64,000 nucleotides of DNA from Eledone cirrhosa (taxonomy: Eukaryota): the NCBI GenBank assembly GCA_964016885.1, contig OZ024741.1:147498001-147562000 (forward strand), given 5' to 3'. Of the stretch, positions 38,808-51,814 are shown piece by piece; within the stretch, counting starts at the first letter, position 1; the number at the start of each line of letters is the position of its first letter. A program made the translations under genes and the position numbers. The notes under the pieces are model-generated. The model did not search any database and had not been told where the DNA came from. It saw nothing but the letters and a program-made list of their open reading frames with translations.

Positions 38808-39297
38808 CGGGGGTCTGGGATCTTTTCAATCTGAAAAACCACTTTTAGCTAAAAGAAAAAATTATAATTGAGAATATTGGAGCCGCATAATTTATAAACC
38901 AAGAAATATGAATTTAGCCAACATTTTTCTAACTCAATGTGATCTGGAGGCTTAAATGTTATCTGAAATTGCTTCAATGTCCAGTCAAGGCTTTTATTTG
39001 TTTTACCCTTTTGATACCAAACCACCAGCAACTGCTCTGGATTTATGATACAAAATTGCTAATTTTAGAATATTTATATTTATATTAAGACCTTCCAGCA
39101 TAATTTTATTTAAGAAATGTTTGTTTAGTAATGTTCTAATTATTGAATTCCTCTAAATATTTGATTATTTTCAAAATTAATTAAAACATATAGGCAGTGT
39201 ATTTCATGTTAATGAAATTATTAAATAATATGATAGAATAGTAAATATCCGAGCACCCACTCAAGATATGCTAAGGAGCTGCAGTTTCCTGACCCCT
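38808..39297. mobile_element. Possible hAT-like MITE
   Basis: Imperfect TIRs ggggtctggga / tcctgacccct, with internal gagccgca/gagctgca motifs. No clear TSD. Confidence 0.4.
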
Positions 39298-39909
39298 AAC
39301 ATTGTAATTCGTTTGTGAGCCATTGAGAGAATCATCGTTTTTATATCCATTCTTCCATAGTTGGACGAAAGTCGGAGCTTATCCCAGTTTCATGAGGCTT
39401 TAAGTGATTGAATGTATAAGGCTCTACCAACCCTATACCCCAAACATTAGCCTCGCCATCACCCGATGGCAACGCTGCGAGTGTGCTGGCTTGCCTCAAA
39501 AATCATTAGAGAGGTTGCCCAGTACTCCTTGCGATGCTGCTGTCTTTTGCTCTGGTGTTGGCTCGGTTGTTCACCCCTTCCTTTACATTTTCTTTAATAT
39601 TGCAACATTAAAGGAATATATCCTTCTGAAAGAATCGCGAGCAATTTATAATGTTATTTATGTATATATTTAAAACATTTATTATGTTATTCTACTGTAA
39701 ATTTATTTATATGTTTTGTATATATCATGTGTTCATATTTTCACTCCCATTTTGTAACGTTATTTAAGTCTTCTACTGAATACTGAACATAAAGGGTTGG
39801 ATTGAAATACTATAATGGATTTTTAACCCGTTCAGACATATGCCTCGGTGTCTAACTTTACACTCCACCTGGCTTAGAATCAATAAAAAAAATTTTCAAG
39901 CGAATAAGA

Positions 39910-40097
39910 ATAATTGTTTCTACTTTTGGCACAAGGCCAGCAATTATCCAGTGCCTTACTGGTACTTTATTTTATAGATCCCCGTAAGGATGAAAGGTAA
40001 AGTTAACCTCGATGCGATTTGAACTCAGACCGTAAAGGGACGTAACTATGCTGGAAAGCATAGTGTCGGACCCTCTACCGATACTGCCAATTCACCT
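39910..40097 (-). mobile_element. SINE family 1
   Basis: Reverse complement of the family consensus. Confidence 0.88.
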
Positions 40098-40699
40098 AAT
40101 AGGCCTACTCAACTGTCGTCAGTATTCTGCCTTAGTATGCCGTCAGTTCAGCATGTTAACCCGAATAGGTTGCATGGATCTTTTCATATGTACAAACGAG
40201 CAGATGAATGATAATTTCCAATGAAGGCAAGATCAAGTTCCTGACTGCACCTAATGAAATACATTTGAGGGAGAGTCTGCTGGCCTTTTAGCATTGAAAA
40301 GAACGAAGGGATTATAATAAGATCACATGAAAAATTTTATAAACAGACGCCTTGGTCACTTGTAATGCTTGCGACTGTGGTTCAAATGTGTCATCTGGTC
40401 GTTCTTGTTACGTCTGCAGCGAAGTCTATTAGTTGTAGTAAATTCGGAGAATAAGTAAACATGAGTACCGAAATACTAATTCAATAACTAGTTTTACTTC
40501 ACTTCACAAAAAAATAAAATTAATAATGTTCAATGCGATACAATTGTTAAATTTGTTTCTGTATACGTGGCACAGTTGTTTTTATATCGTCGGAATAAAA
40601 ACCCATTAAAAAGTGCAAGGCTTATTTCAAAACAGAGTATGTGTTTGCGACGGCAATAATCTAGTAGTAGCCATATTTTTTTGTTGATGTTACGGGTGA

Positions 40700-41960
40700 A
40701 TTGTTGCAAACTGGCTAGGCCGAAAATCCCAGCTATCTTTCTCACAAAAGTTCGTTACTTAGAACAATCTAATTTTGGTACCATGATTCTTCTATATGTG
40801 AAAGTTATGTCTCAGAGGCCATAGGTCAGTGCCCTGGTGGTCGTAGCGTTCGGAAAATCACCATGAGAAATTTTACTCGCTACACATCCACCCATAAATG
40901 AATTGTAGTTTTTTACAAGATTAGGCATTCGTATTTCTGACACAGAGCCATCCTTGTTTCTTCAGTTGGCTGTCAAAACATCTAGATCATTATAATTTGA
41001 TATCAGAAGAATTGGCTTTCTGTCCTGCCACACTATGCATGTCACGCTCCTTTGACAGAGATGTCGGGAATCTCCACACTGGGGTAGCTTCTTCACTTTT
41101 AGGGATTTGGGGACGAGTTTCCGATTCGTCATCAATGTTCCCACAACTCTTGTATGCATTTCATTCAGGGCAGGAGAACTAAGTTGTAATACCTGTCCAT
41201 CATGAGGACATAAGATTTATTTTCCAGTTCAAACGATTTGAGTAGTCGCACGATTTCTCTTGCAATGATTTCGCAATGATTTCTCCTGCCCAGTGTAAAT
41301 TTCTGCATTCATCATATCACTAGTCTCTGCTTCACACAATAAAAAAGATTTTATTCCCCATTTTTGTTGGTTTATCCTTTATATACTGTTTGATTGCAAG
41401 TCGATTTTTATTGGGGATCATCCCCTCATCCAGGCTGAGATGTTTACGTAGTTTGTAGTAATATCTACATTTCTGCAAGAAATTGATTAGCCCGAGTCGT
41501 ACTTTATAAATTCTGTCAGTCTTGTCAGTTGTCTGATCTTCTTCGTCAAGAACATGTAGAAAGTCCAGATTGCAAGAAACCAATCGCAAGTCATGACACT
41601 GTGAGAATAACCTAAAAAGTCAACACCGTCATTTAACCAGTAGTCCCTGTAACTAGGTTTCATGCACAAGTATTCCATATACACCCTTATCCCTATAAAA
41701 TCTTTCATTTCTTATAGAGAAACATCCTTGAAAGATTTAACATGATATGAATTAGGCTTATCCTTGCGAACTTGGCTGGCACATAGAGTTGTCACCCATG
41801 CCAAATTATCCCCCAAATCCATCATCTCCAAACAATCTGAGAAAATGTAATTTGTTATGAACTCGGGAATGTTTCGTAGACCTAAATAATTTTCCCTAAA
41901 CTGTAGATCTACACAAGGCATCCACCCCTATCAGTATCAGCTGTGCGAGGGCCACACCAA
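40700..41960 (-). pseudogene. piggyBac (PGBD4-like, DDE_Tnp_1_7) transposase relic
   Basis: LSLDEGMIP..IKQYIKDKPTK, YVLMMDRYYN, WQDRKPILLISN, KNYNSFMGG. A TTAA-CCC candidate end lies at 39823-39829. Confidence 0.85.
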
Positions 41961-42030
41961 ATTTGTTCACCCGAATCGCTATTTTCCTCACCACGTCTAC
42001 AAGTATCATTGTCTGAATCACTCTTGTAGC

Positions 42031-42152
42031 GGAGTTGCGTCCCTTTGTGACGGTCGCGACTCCCCGTGGCAGATACGTATAGGAGTTGCGTCCCTTTGTG
42101 ACGGTCGCGACTCCCAGTGGCAGATCCATATACTAAATGGAGTTGCGTCCCC
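42031..42152. repeat. 51-bp GC-rich tandem repeat (about 2.3 units) at the 5' side of the piggyBac relic
   Basis: ggagttgcgtccctttgtgacggtcgcgactcc.. at 42031 and 42082, partial at 42139. Confidence 0.85.
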
Positions 42153-42852
42153 CTGGGGACTATATATTTGAGAACATCGAGGCAGTAACTCTCACTTCCT
42201 GCGCTGACAGCCGAAAGGACCACTTGAACCTTACCAAGAGAAGATTTCTGTTCTTCTCTACATACTCATCAACATGTGGTAAAAATTATTTCTATTAATT
42301 TATTTGACTTCTGTGAAGTAAAACCATGTCACAACACTCACCTGCATTTATTGTCATTCTTAATAATATATATACACTGATACTCATATTCTAAACTCTC
42401 ACTGTCTACGTAAGGGTAAACTTGTTGAAATTTTTTCTTGCCTTCATTTGAAGAATAAATACCATCAATACTTCCCTCAACTGTAAAGAGTCTAGGCTTT
42501 GCTCGTTTACCAAACGAATTGCTTGGTTCCTCAAACGCTTGTTTCATCGCAAAAAAAATCCATTTTCTTTTTTTTTCCATTAAAAACAAAAGTAAACAAC
42601 AGTTATAGGGGACGCCGTTAACAATGAGTCATAAACACACGTAACTACAAAGCTGCAACGTAATCGGTTGTCTATTTTTAGTATTTTAACTTCTTTTTCC
42701 GCGTGCATTGTTCATTACCGCTTTAATGGGAATCCTGTAGAGATTGCGTTTAGGTAATTCCCTACTGTTCCTAATAGATGAAGTATGGTTGAATATTTAA
42801 GAAGTTTGGTTCATAATTATAAGGTACAGGGCATCTTAGGTATGTGTATTTT

Positions 42853-43038
42853 CAGACCTGCCAACCTCTAAAAACCCAACGGGGAGTACCACGAAGAAAA
42901 ATGCCCCAAAACGGGAAGAAATTAGGCAAAATTTTACATAATGAAAGCTATACCCATTTTCACAAGAGAAAATATCTTTCACCCACCCCAAAGTGTATGG
43001 GAGATTACCCCGTCCAACGGGGATAGTTGACAGGTCTG
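42853..43038. mobile_element. Possible MITE
   Basis: TIRs cagacctgccaac / gttgacaggtctg. TSD not evident. Confidence 0.55.
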
Positions 43039-43344
43039 GCCTTTTACTAGAGCCATGCATCAATCCAAACTTTGTGAGAGAAATTTGGTGGACAGAAACT
43101 GTTTGGAAGCCTGTTAGATGAACTGTACCTGTAATTTGAAGGTGCATACTGTATCATGCTGAATCTCCTGAACGTGTCTGAGGAACACTTAGTCATTTGT
43201 CCATTAATTTCACAAGCAAGTTGTACCATTGACGAAACAACTGGAACTTTCATCACTGAAATTGACAGAGATTCATTCGATTCCACATATCCTATTATCC
43301 AATCATTTCTTTAAACGAAGTTTATCAAGAGTATCAATTGTGTA

Positions 43345-44345
43345 ATCATCATCACCATTTAACGTCTATATTCCATGCTTGCCTGCATTAGATGGCTGTC
43401 ACATGCTGAGGCCAGACTGGTCAAGTGACTATGTCCCAATGAGATGCTTTGTTTTGGTTTGATTTCTATAGCTGGATGCCCTTCTTAATGCCAACCACTT
43501 TACACCATATACGAGGAGCATGGTTTCTATAGCCAGATGTCCTTGCAAAGCCAAACTACTTTACAGAGTATATTGGGAGCATGGTTTCTATGGGTGGATG
43601 CCCTTCCTAATATCAACCACTTAACAGTATTTTATCATGACTCTGGCACTACTACCATACAGCGTGGACTGTGTGCTTTTCATCATTATACCAACACTAC
43701 CACCTTACAGGGTGGACTGGGTGCTTTTCTCATAGCACCAGCATTACCTCATTACAGCACTAGGGTGCTCAGTGTACTTGATCTAGCTAGGGAGGCTGGG
43801 ATAAAGACATTACACTGTTGCTGGGAGGGGTCATAGTGGTGGCCTTGAAGCAAGCAGATGGTGTCTGATATATTGTAGGATGTGCCCAGCTTCTCTTGGT
43901 GGGCTAAAATGGATGTTTAAATCCTGCATGGAACAAGTGAGTGGGTGGGTGTTGTCTGTCATTTGGGGTGAGGTGTCAGGCTTTCCTGGGTTGAGAGAGT
44001 GTTGAGAGTGCAAGGATTCAATAGGGAAGGTGAATCAGTGAAGCTTGATCCTAGCTTTCCATGCTAACATGGATTGTGTGAAGAAGTCAGGAGTATACTA
44101 ACAAGTGAGAACTTGAGAGCTGTTCCATCTCTCTGCTTCTTCAGTTTTAGGGTGAAAGGGAACAGGGGCTTACAGGAAGGGAATTCAGGAGTATACTGGC
44201 AGGTAGGGGATGAGACCTGAGTGTTGTATCATCCTACTATGATCTATAACTCCTGATAGTCATAGGGGTGCTGTTGTGTCATACAGAATGTCTTGGGAAT
44301 TTTTAAAACCTGGTGTAGCCCATCCTCTCTCCATGTCTAAACACA
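43345..44345 (-). repeat. Decayed RTE-type interspersed repeat with (ATG)n tail
   Basis: Terminus atcatcatc..tttaacgtc..ttccatgct is shared with 49826-49868, 51180-51245 and 51665-51728. Confidence 0.55.
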
Positions 44346-45483
44346 TTGATTTCATCCCGAGAAGAAGAGAGAGAAAGGGGTGAGGTGAAAAAAAGATATA
44401 GATGAAGAATTGACCCCAGTGCTGAACTGGCACTTTTTGATCAACCTTAAAAGAATGAAAGGCAAAGTTGACCTCAGCAGGTAAGTTGAACTCAGAGGGT
44501 AAGAGTTGAAATTAATGCCACAAAGCATTCTATTGGCACCTTCATAATAAGGAAAGCTACAATTTTAACATGTGAATACACACCAACATATTTGATTTTG
44601 CAGTTTTATTCAATTTAGTACAACAATGTTTATTCCTTACTAAATGGTTACTGCCCTAAGTAATTTGACAGAGCTGAGATAAAAACCAGCTTCTGAAGTG
44701 AAGTCCAACTTGTAAACAAAAAATTAGTGAAACAGCACCTCCAATGAGATTTGAACCATTCAGCTACTAATTTAGTTATAAAAAAAATGTTTTGAAATAT
44801 TGCAAGTAGAAACTGAAAACACAAACAGAAAATATTTTCAATAATTATATCATTGAATAAAAAAAAAAATGAAGAATTAATATAATCAACTTTTATCTTA
44901 GCTCAAGTGGGTTAAATGACATTCAAACATGGTGAAAGTGGTTTCAATTCCTTGTTTGTATTTTACATAAATAGACAGATGTAAAATAAAAATGTTTGTT
45001 TAATTATTTCACAAAAATATGTTAATGAATATTTTTTTTTTTTAAATGTTAACAATATTTGTACCGTTTATGATTGACACTTCAAAAACAAGGACTAGTA
45101 TCTTCTTAAATTCTATTTTAACTGTTGTTTTCAGCACTTAATTAAATGAGACTGTCTTCTAACATGACAGTATTGTCAATGAGAAAATGTTGTTAGAACT
45201 GTGAGAGAAAGAGAAAGAGAGAGTGGGGTATGCATGCCAAGCACATTTTTTTTAAATTCAAGTCAGAACTGAGATCAACTATGATTTTGCCTTTCCAGTT
45301 CAACAACAAAAAAGAATATATTTTCTCCTTAAGCTGTTCAGAAGAAATTAATATTAGATTGCTAACATAATGTATTTTGAAGCATCAGGTAAGTGATCCC
45401 CAATATTTTTGACTTTGTATCACACTGAAGGTCTTCTTCCACTTATTCCTGAAAGAAAATAAGTAGGCTCCTTTCAGAGGGTC

Positions 45484-45569
45484 CTATTCGAAGCAATCAT
45501 CTCTCCAAATGAGACCAATCATCTTGTTCATGGGTCTTCTGCTGGCTGACTTTGCTCTTAAAATCTGTC
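45484..45569 (-). CDS. Putative terminal coding exon of an unidentified host gene
   Basis: Acceptor ttgatcttacAG, phase-1 frame (G)QILRAKSASRRPMNKMIGLIWRDDCFE*, followed by AT-rich UTR-like sequence. Confidence 0.6.
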
Positions 45570-45905
45570 CTGTAAGATCAAATAATGTAAATTACTGGAG
45601 CAATTTGCATGGAAAGCTTCTTTTTTTTTTACATATTTAATGTTTAAAATTGAGATTGAAAACAAAAAAAAAAGAAAATGAATGCTTATCTTGTTTTATT
45701 GATCATATATTTGTATTACAAAACCATGAACAACTCATTTTTTAAGATTCTCAATAATTTTTGGGTAGTAGACTTAATCCATTAACCTGTTTAATATCAC
45801 AACCTAACTCTTAGGCACTTTTAGTGAAATTCACTCTGTTGCACACATTTTGACTAAGTCTCTACTTTCAGGATAATTTCTTTCCCCTATCCCATCCCAC
45901 CTCAC

Positions 45906-45959
45906 CATCAGTCTCAGAGGCCATGAATAGGGTTATGGGCAATAATTGACCTCCTCTAC
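45906..45959 (-). CDS. Putative 54-nt penultimate coding exon
   Basis: Acceptor tttttgttttcAG, donor GTGAGG. Phase 1-1, encodes (G)RGGQLLPITLFMASETD(G) in frame with the next exon. Confidence 0.6.
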
Positions 45960-46494
45960 CTGAAAACAAAAATCATTAAAAATAATTGTTTGGATTTTTT
46001 AAAAACTTTTATGTTCAAACATTACTTTAATTATATTTTTGAAATTCTTTGTAGATGCTTTCATCTTCTAAGCTGCTATCTTTACATTTCTTGTAGAAAC
46101 TTATTTGTGTATATCTTAATGATATTGTGGCAGAATTGGTAGAGCATTGAACAAAATTCTTTGCAGTATTTAGATACACCTCTTTACTTTCTGAGTTTAA
46201 ATTCCATCAAGGTTAACTGTATATTTCAGCTTTCTATAAAAGTAGCAACCAAGTACTGGAGTTGATTTAATCAATTAAACCCTCCCCTAAATTTGTCAAC
46301 TGGAGCTTATGTTATATAGCAATAATATCATTGATTTTAAGTTCATTAAATTAATTTTATATAGAAAAGCTTCATAATCTTACTTATTTTAGTAAAAAAT
46401 ATCTATTTCATTCAAATCTCCCACAAATCACACTCTAGCATCTTAAATATGCAGGAACAAAATGAATGATGCAGATATATCACAGATGTCAAAA

Positions 46495-46800
46495 CATGGG
46501 GTTTAGTAGTTAAGATGTTTGGCTTATGATTGCTTGACTCATGAGCTCATTTTCTGATGGTGCATTGTGTCCTTGAACAAGACACTTTAATTCATGTTAC
46601 TCCAGCCTACTCGGCTGGGGAAAATGAGTTGTACCTTTAATTCAAAGGGTCGTCCTTGTCACACACTTAGTCATGCTGAACTGCCTTGAGAACTATGTTA
46701 ATGGTACACGTGTCTGTGGAATGCTCGGTCACTTGCACGTTTATTTCATGAGTAGGCCATTTAATTGATAAAAAAAACTATGATAACTCGTTATCATAAC
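46495..46800 (+). mobile_element. tRNA-derived SINE (family 2)
   Basis: A-box-like tttagtagttaag, core ttgtgtccttgaacaagacactt. Confidence 0.7.
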
Positions 46801-47634
46801 CAATGGAGGTTGAACACAGTATCTCAGATGTGCAAAGGTTTTAAAACTATAGTGTAGATAATCTTTCGAAAAAAATGCTGATTAATGAATCCCAATAAAA
46901 AAAATAAAATATACAGTATCTGAATCAATTAAGGAAGAATTTGGAGGCATTAATTATAAGCAGGAATTATTTCATTATTAAGATGCTATTTGTTGTACAA
47001 CTTAACAAAAGATTCCTATATCAAATCATGTTGGAATATATAAAATTTAATTAGAAACTCTTTAAGATTGGTAGATTTGTTTCATACAATCCAGGACAGT
47101 TTGGGGCGGGTTAGTATCAAAAGGCTTAAAGCAGTAGTGTATTTTTTTTTTTTTTTTAATTGCTGATTTATCAGTTGTCAGTGATTAAATGAATTTTGAT
47201 ACATATAGCAGTGGTGTACCAATTACATGATGCAGTCACTATAGAAGCAAATCAGTAGAGTGATTATATTGAAGCTGGTTCAACAAGAGAAAAGAGAAAA
47301 CATATAAATAAACAAATACTGAATGTCAATATAAATATCTGTAGAACAAACAAATAAAACATGAGATTACGGCATTTTTGTTAGATATACATAATTATTT
47401 TTATATAATGAGCAGCAACAATGAAACTTTGCAAGTTACAAAACCTAGCATGTTCAGATGACTGGGAAATCACGATAGAGTAAACTATTTCAACCTTCTA
47501 GGATCTCATTAGTCACCTGCAGGCTTTACACAAAATGACAGAAGTCACGTTCCAGCCATTTAACAATGATTGCATGCAAAACAAAATATCTCTAATATTG
47601 GAGGCATACAGATGTGTATGAACACACTGTCAGA

Positions 47635-47774
47635 TATATGTATGTATGTATGTGTATATATATATATATACATGCACACACACATATATATATATATAAA
47701 CATATATATATATACGGGGTAACAAATTTTAAAAACCTTTTTTGTATAGCAAACCGTGTCACTCTTCTTTCCTG

Positions 47775-47820
<46 letters not shown>

Positions 47821-47852
47821 ACAAACCTGCACACATACACACACACAAATAC

Positions 47853-47909
<57 letters not shown>

Positions 47910-47926
47910 TACGCACACACAAATAC

Positions 47927-47973
<47 letters not shown>

Positions 47974-48080
47974 AACCTACACATACACACACACAAATAC
48001 AAATGTACATATATAAACATTTACATACATATTCACACATGTACACACATGTACACACATGCCATACACACACACACACA
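47635..48080. repeat. Compound (TA)n/(CA)n microsatellite
   Basis: Alternating TA and CA runs with duplicated subunits. Confidence 0.9.
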
Positions 48081-48321
48081 GAATAAAAAGATAAATAGAT
48101 ATATCACATGAACTGTTATTTTCATCAGTTGCAAACTACTAAACAATCACAACAGTCACGTTTTCCAATATTTTCCTACATATAGATATATATTTTTTTT
48201 TCTTTACACATTACTGTTTTCCTACAAGTAGCAAAAAAGAGTCATTATTTTATAGTTTTATTGTCTCTTCTTCAACTGCTTCCACCAACCAGCAACTCTC
48301 TCGCTCTCTCTCTCTCTCGCT

Positions 48322-48375
<54 letters not shown>

Positions 48376-49875
48376 TGCATATTTTGGTGTTTGCCACTGA
48401 TCCTGATGTTTAAATATATCGCTTGATAAAAGAAAACTCGCAATGATTTGAAAAGAATCACTCCAATGTTTAGTGTAGTTAGATCATATAGTAATTAGCA
48501 ATAAATATGGAAACCATTTGGAAAACCAGCAGCTTTAACACTTTTGTTACCATATCTCTAATGAAATACACATTTTCTATTCATTTTGAAAATAATAGAA
48601 AAATAGTTTAACATAGCTTAACTTGTTTCATTAAGCTGATATTTTGGCCTATTAAAGAACCTTTAATAAATTATGAATTCATTGTGTACGTCAATTAATT
48701 TTACAAGTAGATCATTCAGTTAATCAAACAACTCATCATCAAAACCAATATGGGGAAGCAGGGTGCATTTCACTCTAAGATGCCAAATATAATTATTGAA
48801 CAAAACAGGAACCCCACTACTATGCTTGTAGTACAACTATTATTTTCATTGTCTCCTTTCAAGTTTCATTTATTACAACTGTTTTGAGTTTAAACTTTTA
48901 TATATGTGTATAAATTACTGGAGGCAAGTATCTTTGATGTGAAGTCTCTGCGAGTTCTATGAACCATTATATCAAAGCAGCAGAACTAACCAATAAATGA
49001 AAGAAATCATCGACATCATTGTGGGTAGTCCTGTGAATATTGTATGTAAGCTGAGATCCAAAGTCTATTTTGATATTGTGATTTCCTTGAGGGATGCTTT
49101 AAAGCAACACAGTGCATCATTTTGAATTAGTTTGCTGCAGAAGATAGGAATATATTTAAAAGGCCAAGATTGTCTCATTTTCAATAATAAATATAATAGT
49201 ATGACCTTGCAAGCTTTCCAGAAAGCCAATTTTAAAGCAAAGATTTACAACTCTTTATATAAGTAGGTTAATAAGTAACAGAGCTGGGAAGATATGTTTG
49301 ACTAAAGACACCAAAAGAGAAGCAAAATTGTTGCAGATGATTTAAATATCCAATAAGAAACAAAAAATAAAGGTTTGTCTAATTGTTTGATGTATTATCA
49401 GAGAAAAATACAAAACTTTCAATATATTGAATGGAATAAAAAAAAAAAAAAAAAAAAAGGGAGGTGATAAATCTATTGACAAGTATAAAACCATTCTCTA
49501 AAGATGGAAATATATTCTATTTTCTTCAAATGAGATATTTCTTCACAGAATTTTGACAACTTTCAATTTCCAGGCTAAAGTAGGATTGTTTTCTCCCTCA
49601 ACAGCTCTCTTTAAACATATGGATTGATATTAAACATAATTTGTAGAATCGCTATCTTCATTTGTTAGGTTCCATTTTTCATATAGATGTCTTTCCATAT
49701 ATTGCATAGCAATCAATTCCCTCTCCAGCCAGAGAATACGTTTGCAAAAATGCATTTACATAAATACCTAAAGATATGCATATATATATATATATATTTA
49801 CACACACACACACACATATATCCAGACCCATGCTAGCATGGAAGATGGATGTTAAATGATGATGATGATATATAT

Positions 49876-49906
<31 letters not shown>

Positions 49907-50074
49907 CATGTATTTTGGTGTGTAAAGTTTAGTTACTGATGGTCCAACAGTTTGAGTACTCAATACTAATAGTTGGGTCCGGCTACTGATGTGGGAATCT
50001 ACGTTTGGTATTTTGCCATAGTTTGTATGCTTAAGAAACAGTGTTCATAATCCTAATCATAATAATAATGATGA

Positions 50075-50696
50075 TTTCTACTAGAGGCACAAGGTTAGCA
50101 ATTTTGGGGAAAGGGAAAGTCGATTAAATCAACCAGTTTGTGACTGGTACTATATTTTATCGACCCCCATAAGGATGAAAGGCAAACCTAACCTTAGCAG
50201 TTAGCTTTGCCTTTCATCCTTATAGAGTCGATAAAATAAAGTACCAGTCACAAACTGGGGTCAATTTAATCGACTCCCCCCCCCCAAAAAAAGAAAGTGT
50301 TGGCCTAGTGCCTATATCAGAAACCATTGTGGATTGGCAGTATTGGTAGAGAGTCGGACGCCATGCTTTCCAGCATAGTTACGTCCCTTTACGATCTGAG
50401 TTCAAATCCCACCGAGGTTGACTTTGCCTTTCATCCTTACGGGGTCGATAAAATAAAGTACCAGTAATGCACTGGGTATTTGCTGGCCTTGTGCCTAAAG
50501 TAGAAACAATTATTATTATTATCATCATTGTTGTTATTATTATTATTATTGAGCAGGAATAAAGTATCAATATAACATTATTATATTTTTTATTATGTTT
50601 TATTATGTTTCATCCTTACGGGGTCGATAAAATAAAGTACCATTAATACACTGGGATAATTGCTGTCCTTGAGCCAAAAGTAGAAACAATTATTAT
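50075..50696. mobile_element. Cluster of SINE family 1 copies (one minus, three plus, some partial)
   Basis: Repeated ctttgcctttcatcctta..gtcgataaaataaagtacca core with ATT tails. Confidence 0.85.
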
Positions 50697-50700
50697 GTTT

Positions 50701-50897
50701 TTTTACATGTGACACACATTTCACAATTGATCAGCTCAAGGTATGATCAGTAGTGATTAAGCCTGACTCTGGAATTGATAGCTCATCAGGCTTGTGGATT
50801 CTTGAATACCATTTGAGAATCCACAAGTCTGATGGCTCAATCACTACTGATTGTACTTTGAGTTGATCGATCATGAAACATGCACCACTTGTGAACA
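50701..50897. repeat. Decayed foldback palindrome
   Basis: gatcagctcaaggtatgatcagtagtgatt / aatcactactgattgtactttgagttgatc and atcaggcttgtggattct / agaatccacaagtctgat. Confidence 0.8.
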
Positions 50898-50967
50898 AAT
50901 ATAAAGATGTTATATTCATACTTCGTTCCTGCTCCTGCTCCTGGTTGTTATTATTATTATTATTATA

Positions 50968-51174
50968 AAGGGCGGTGGATTGGCAGTATCGGTAGAGGGT
51001 CGGACGCTATGCTTTGACGCATAGAGTTATAGCCCTTGCCATTCTGAGTTCAAATCCTGCCAAGGTTAACTTTGCCTTTCATCCTTACGGGGTCGATAAA
51101 ATAAAGTACCAGTAATGTACTGGGTAATTGCTGGCCTTGTGCCAAAAGTAGAAACAATTATTATTATTATTATT
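50968..51174 (+). mobile_element. SINE family 1, full-length, inside an ATT tract
   Basis: ggcggtggattggcag.. through agaaacaattattatt, with ATT repeats on both sides. Confidence 0.9.
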
Positions 51175-51727
51175 ATATATCATCATCATCATCATAATCG
51201 TCGTCGTCGTTTTAACATCTGCTTTCCCTCCTAGCATAGTGGGTTGTACAGGTCTACATAGACCAAGTCAGTACTGAAGCGATGGCTACTGATCTCACTC
51301 TCTGGCTGGTGCTTTACTCCAGCCACAAGTCACATCAGTAGTCCACAGAAGGTTGTCACGCAAGAATTTCCAATTATCCTCTACGTTATATGTATCTAGC
51401 TCATCATCCCTCTTATCAAATGTATCCTGTAGGGCCTTTCTAAACCTATATTTAACCAAAAGGTCCTTTAGCTTCCAAACCCTCCATTTCCATGTCTTCC
51501 TGTATATTTTGTTCTGTCTTGCGTTTATTTTGATGTCACTAATAACTAATTTGTGTTAGGCAGCACTTTCTTCCACAAGGGAAGGCTTTAGCTTTCATTA
51601 CAGTTCATTTATTCTGTATGATCAAGACACGGTCTCTTGACCATTCTTGAATCAAATGGAACAAAACCGTCTAACCCATGCTAGTGTGGAAGATGGGCGT
51701 TAAATGATGAAGAGGATGATGATGATG

Positions 51728-51760
<33 letters not shown>

Positions 51761-51763
51761 TAC

Positions 51764-51814
51764 CCATTTGAAAATGCAGTCTCGAATGAATCAGATTGTG
51801 CAACACATTTGTTA
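51764..51814 (-). CDS. Possible further 51-nt exon of the same gene
   Basis: Strong pyrimidine tract plus AG, donor GTATGT, open in phase 1 (TNVLHNLIHSRLHFQM). Could be chance. Confidence 0.3.

Noticed and set aside
39823-42850. Complete piggyBac with both TIRs
   Set aside because: Only one TTAA-CCC candidate end was found, and no matching inverted end was seen.
43047-43286. Apparent minus-strand exon/ORF with AG..GT borders
   Set aside because: The sequence is homologous to SINE family 2 (38250-38400, 46630-46800).
50731-50919. 62-aa ORF as a host exon
   Set aside because: It lies almost entirely within a foldback palindrome.
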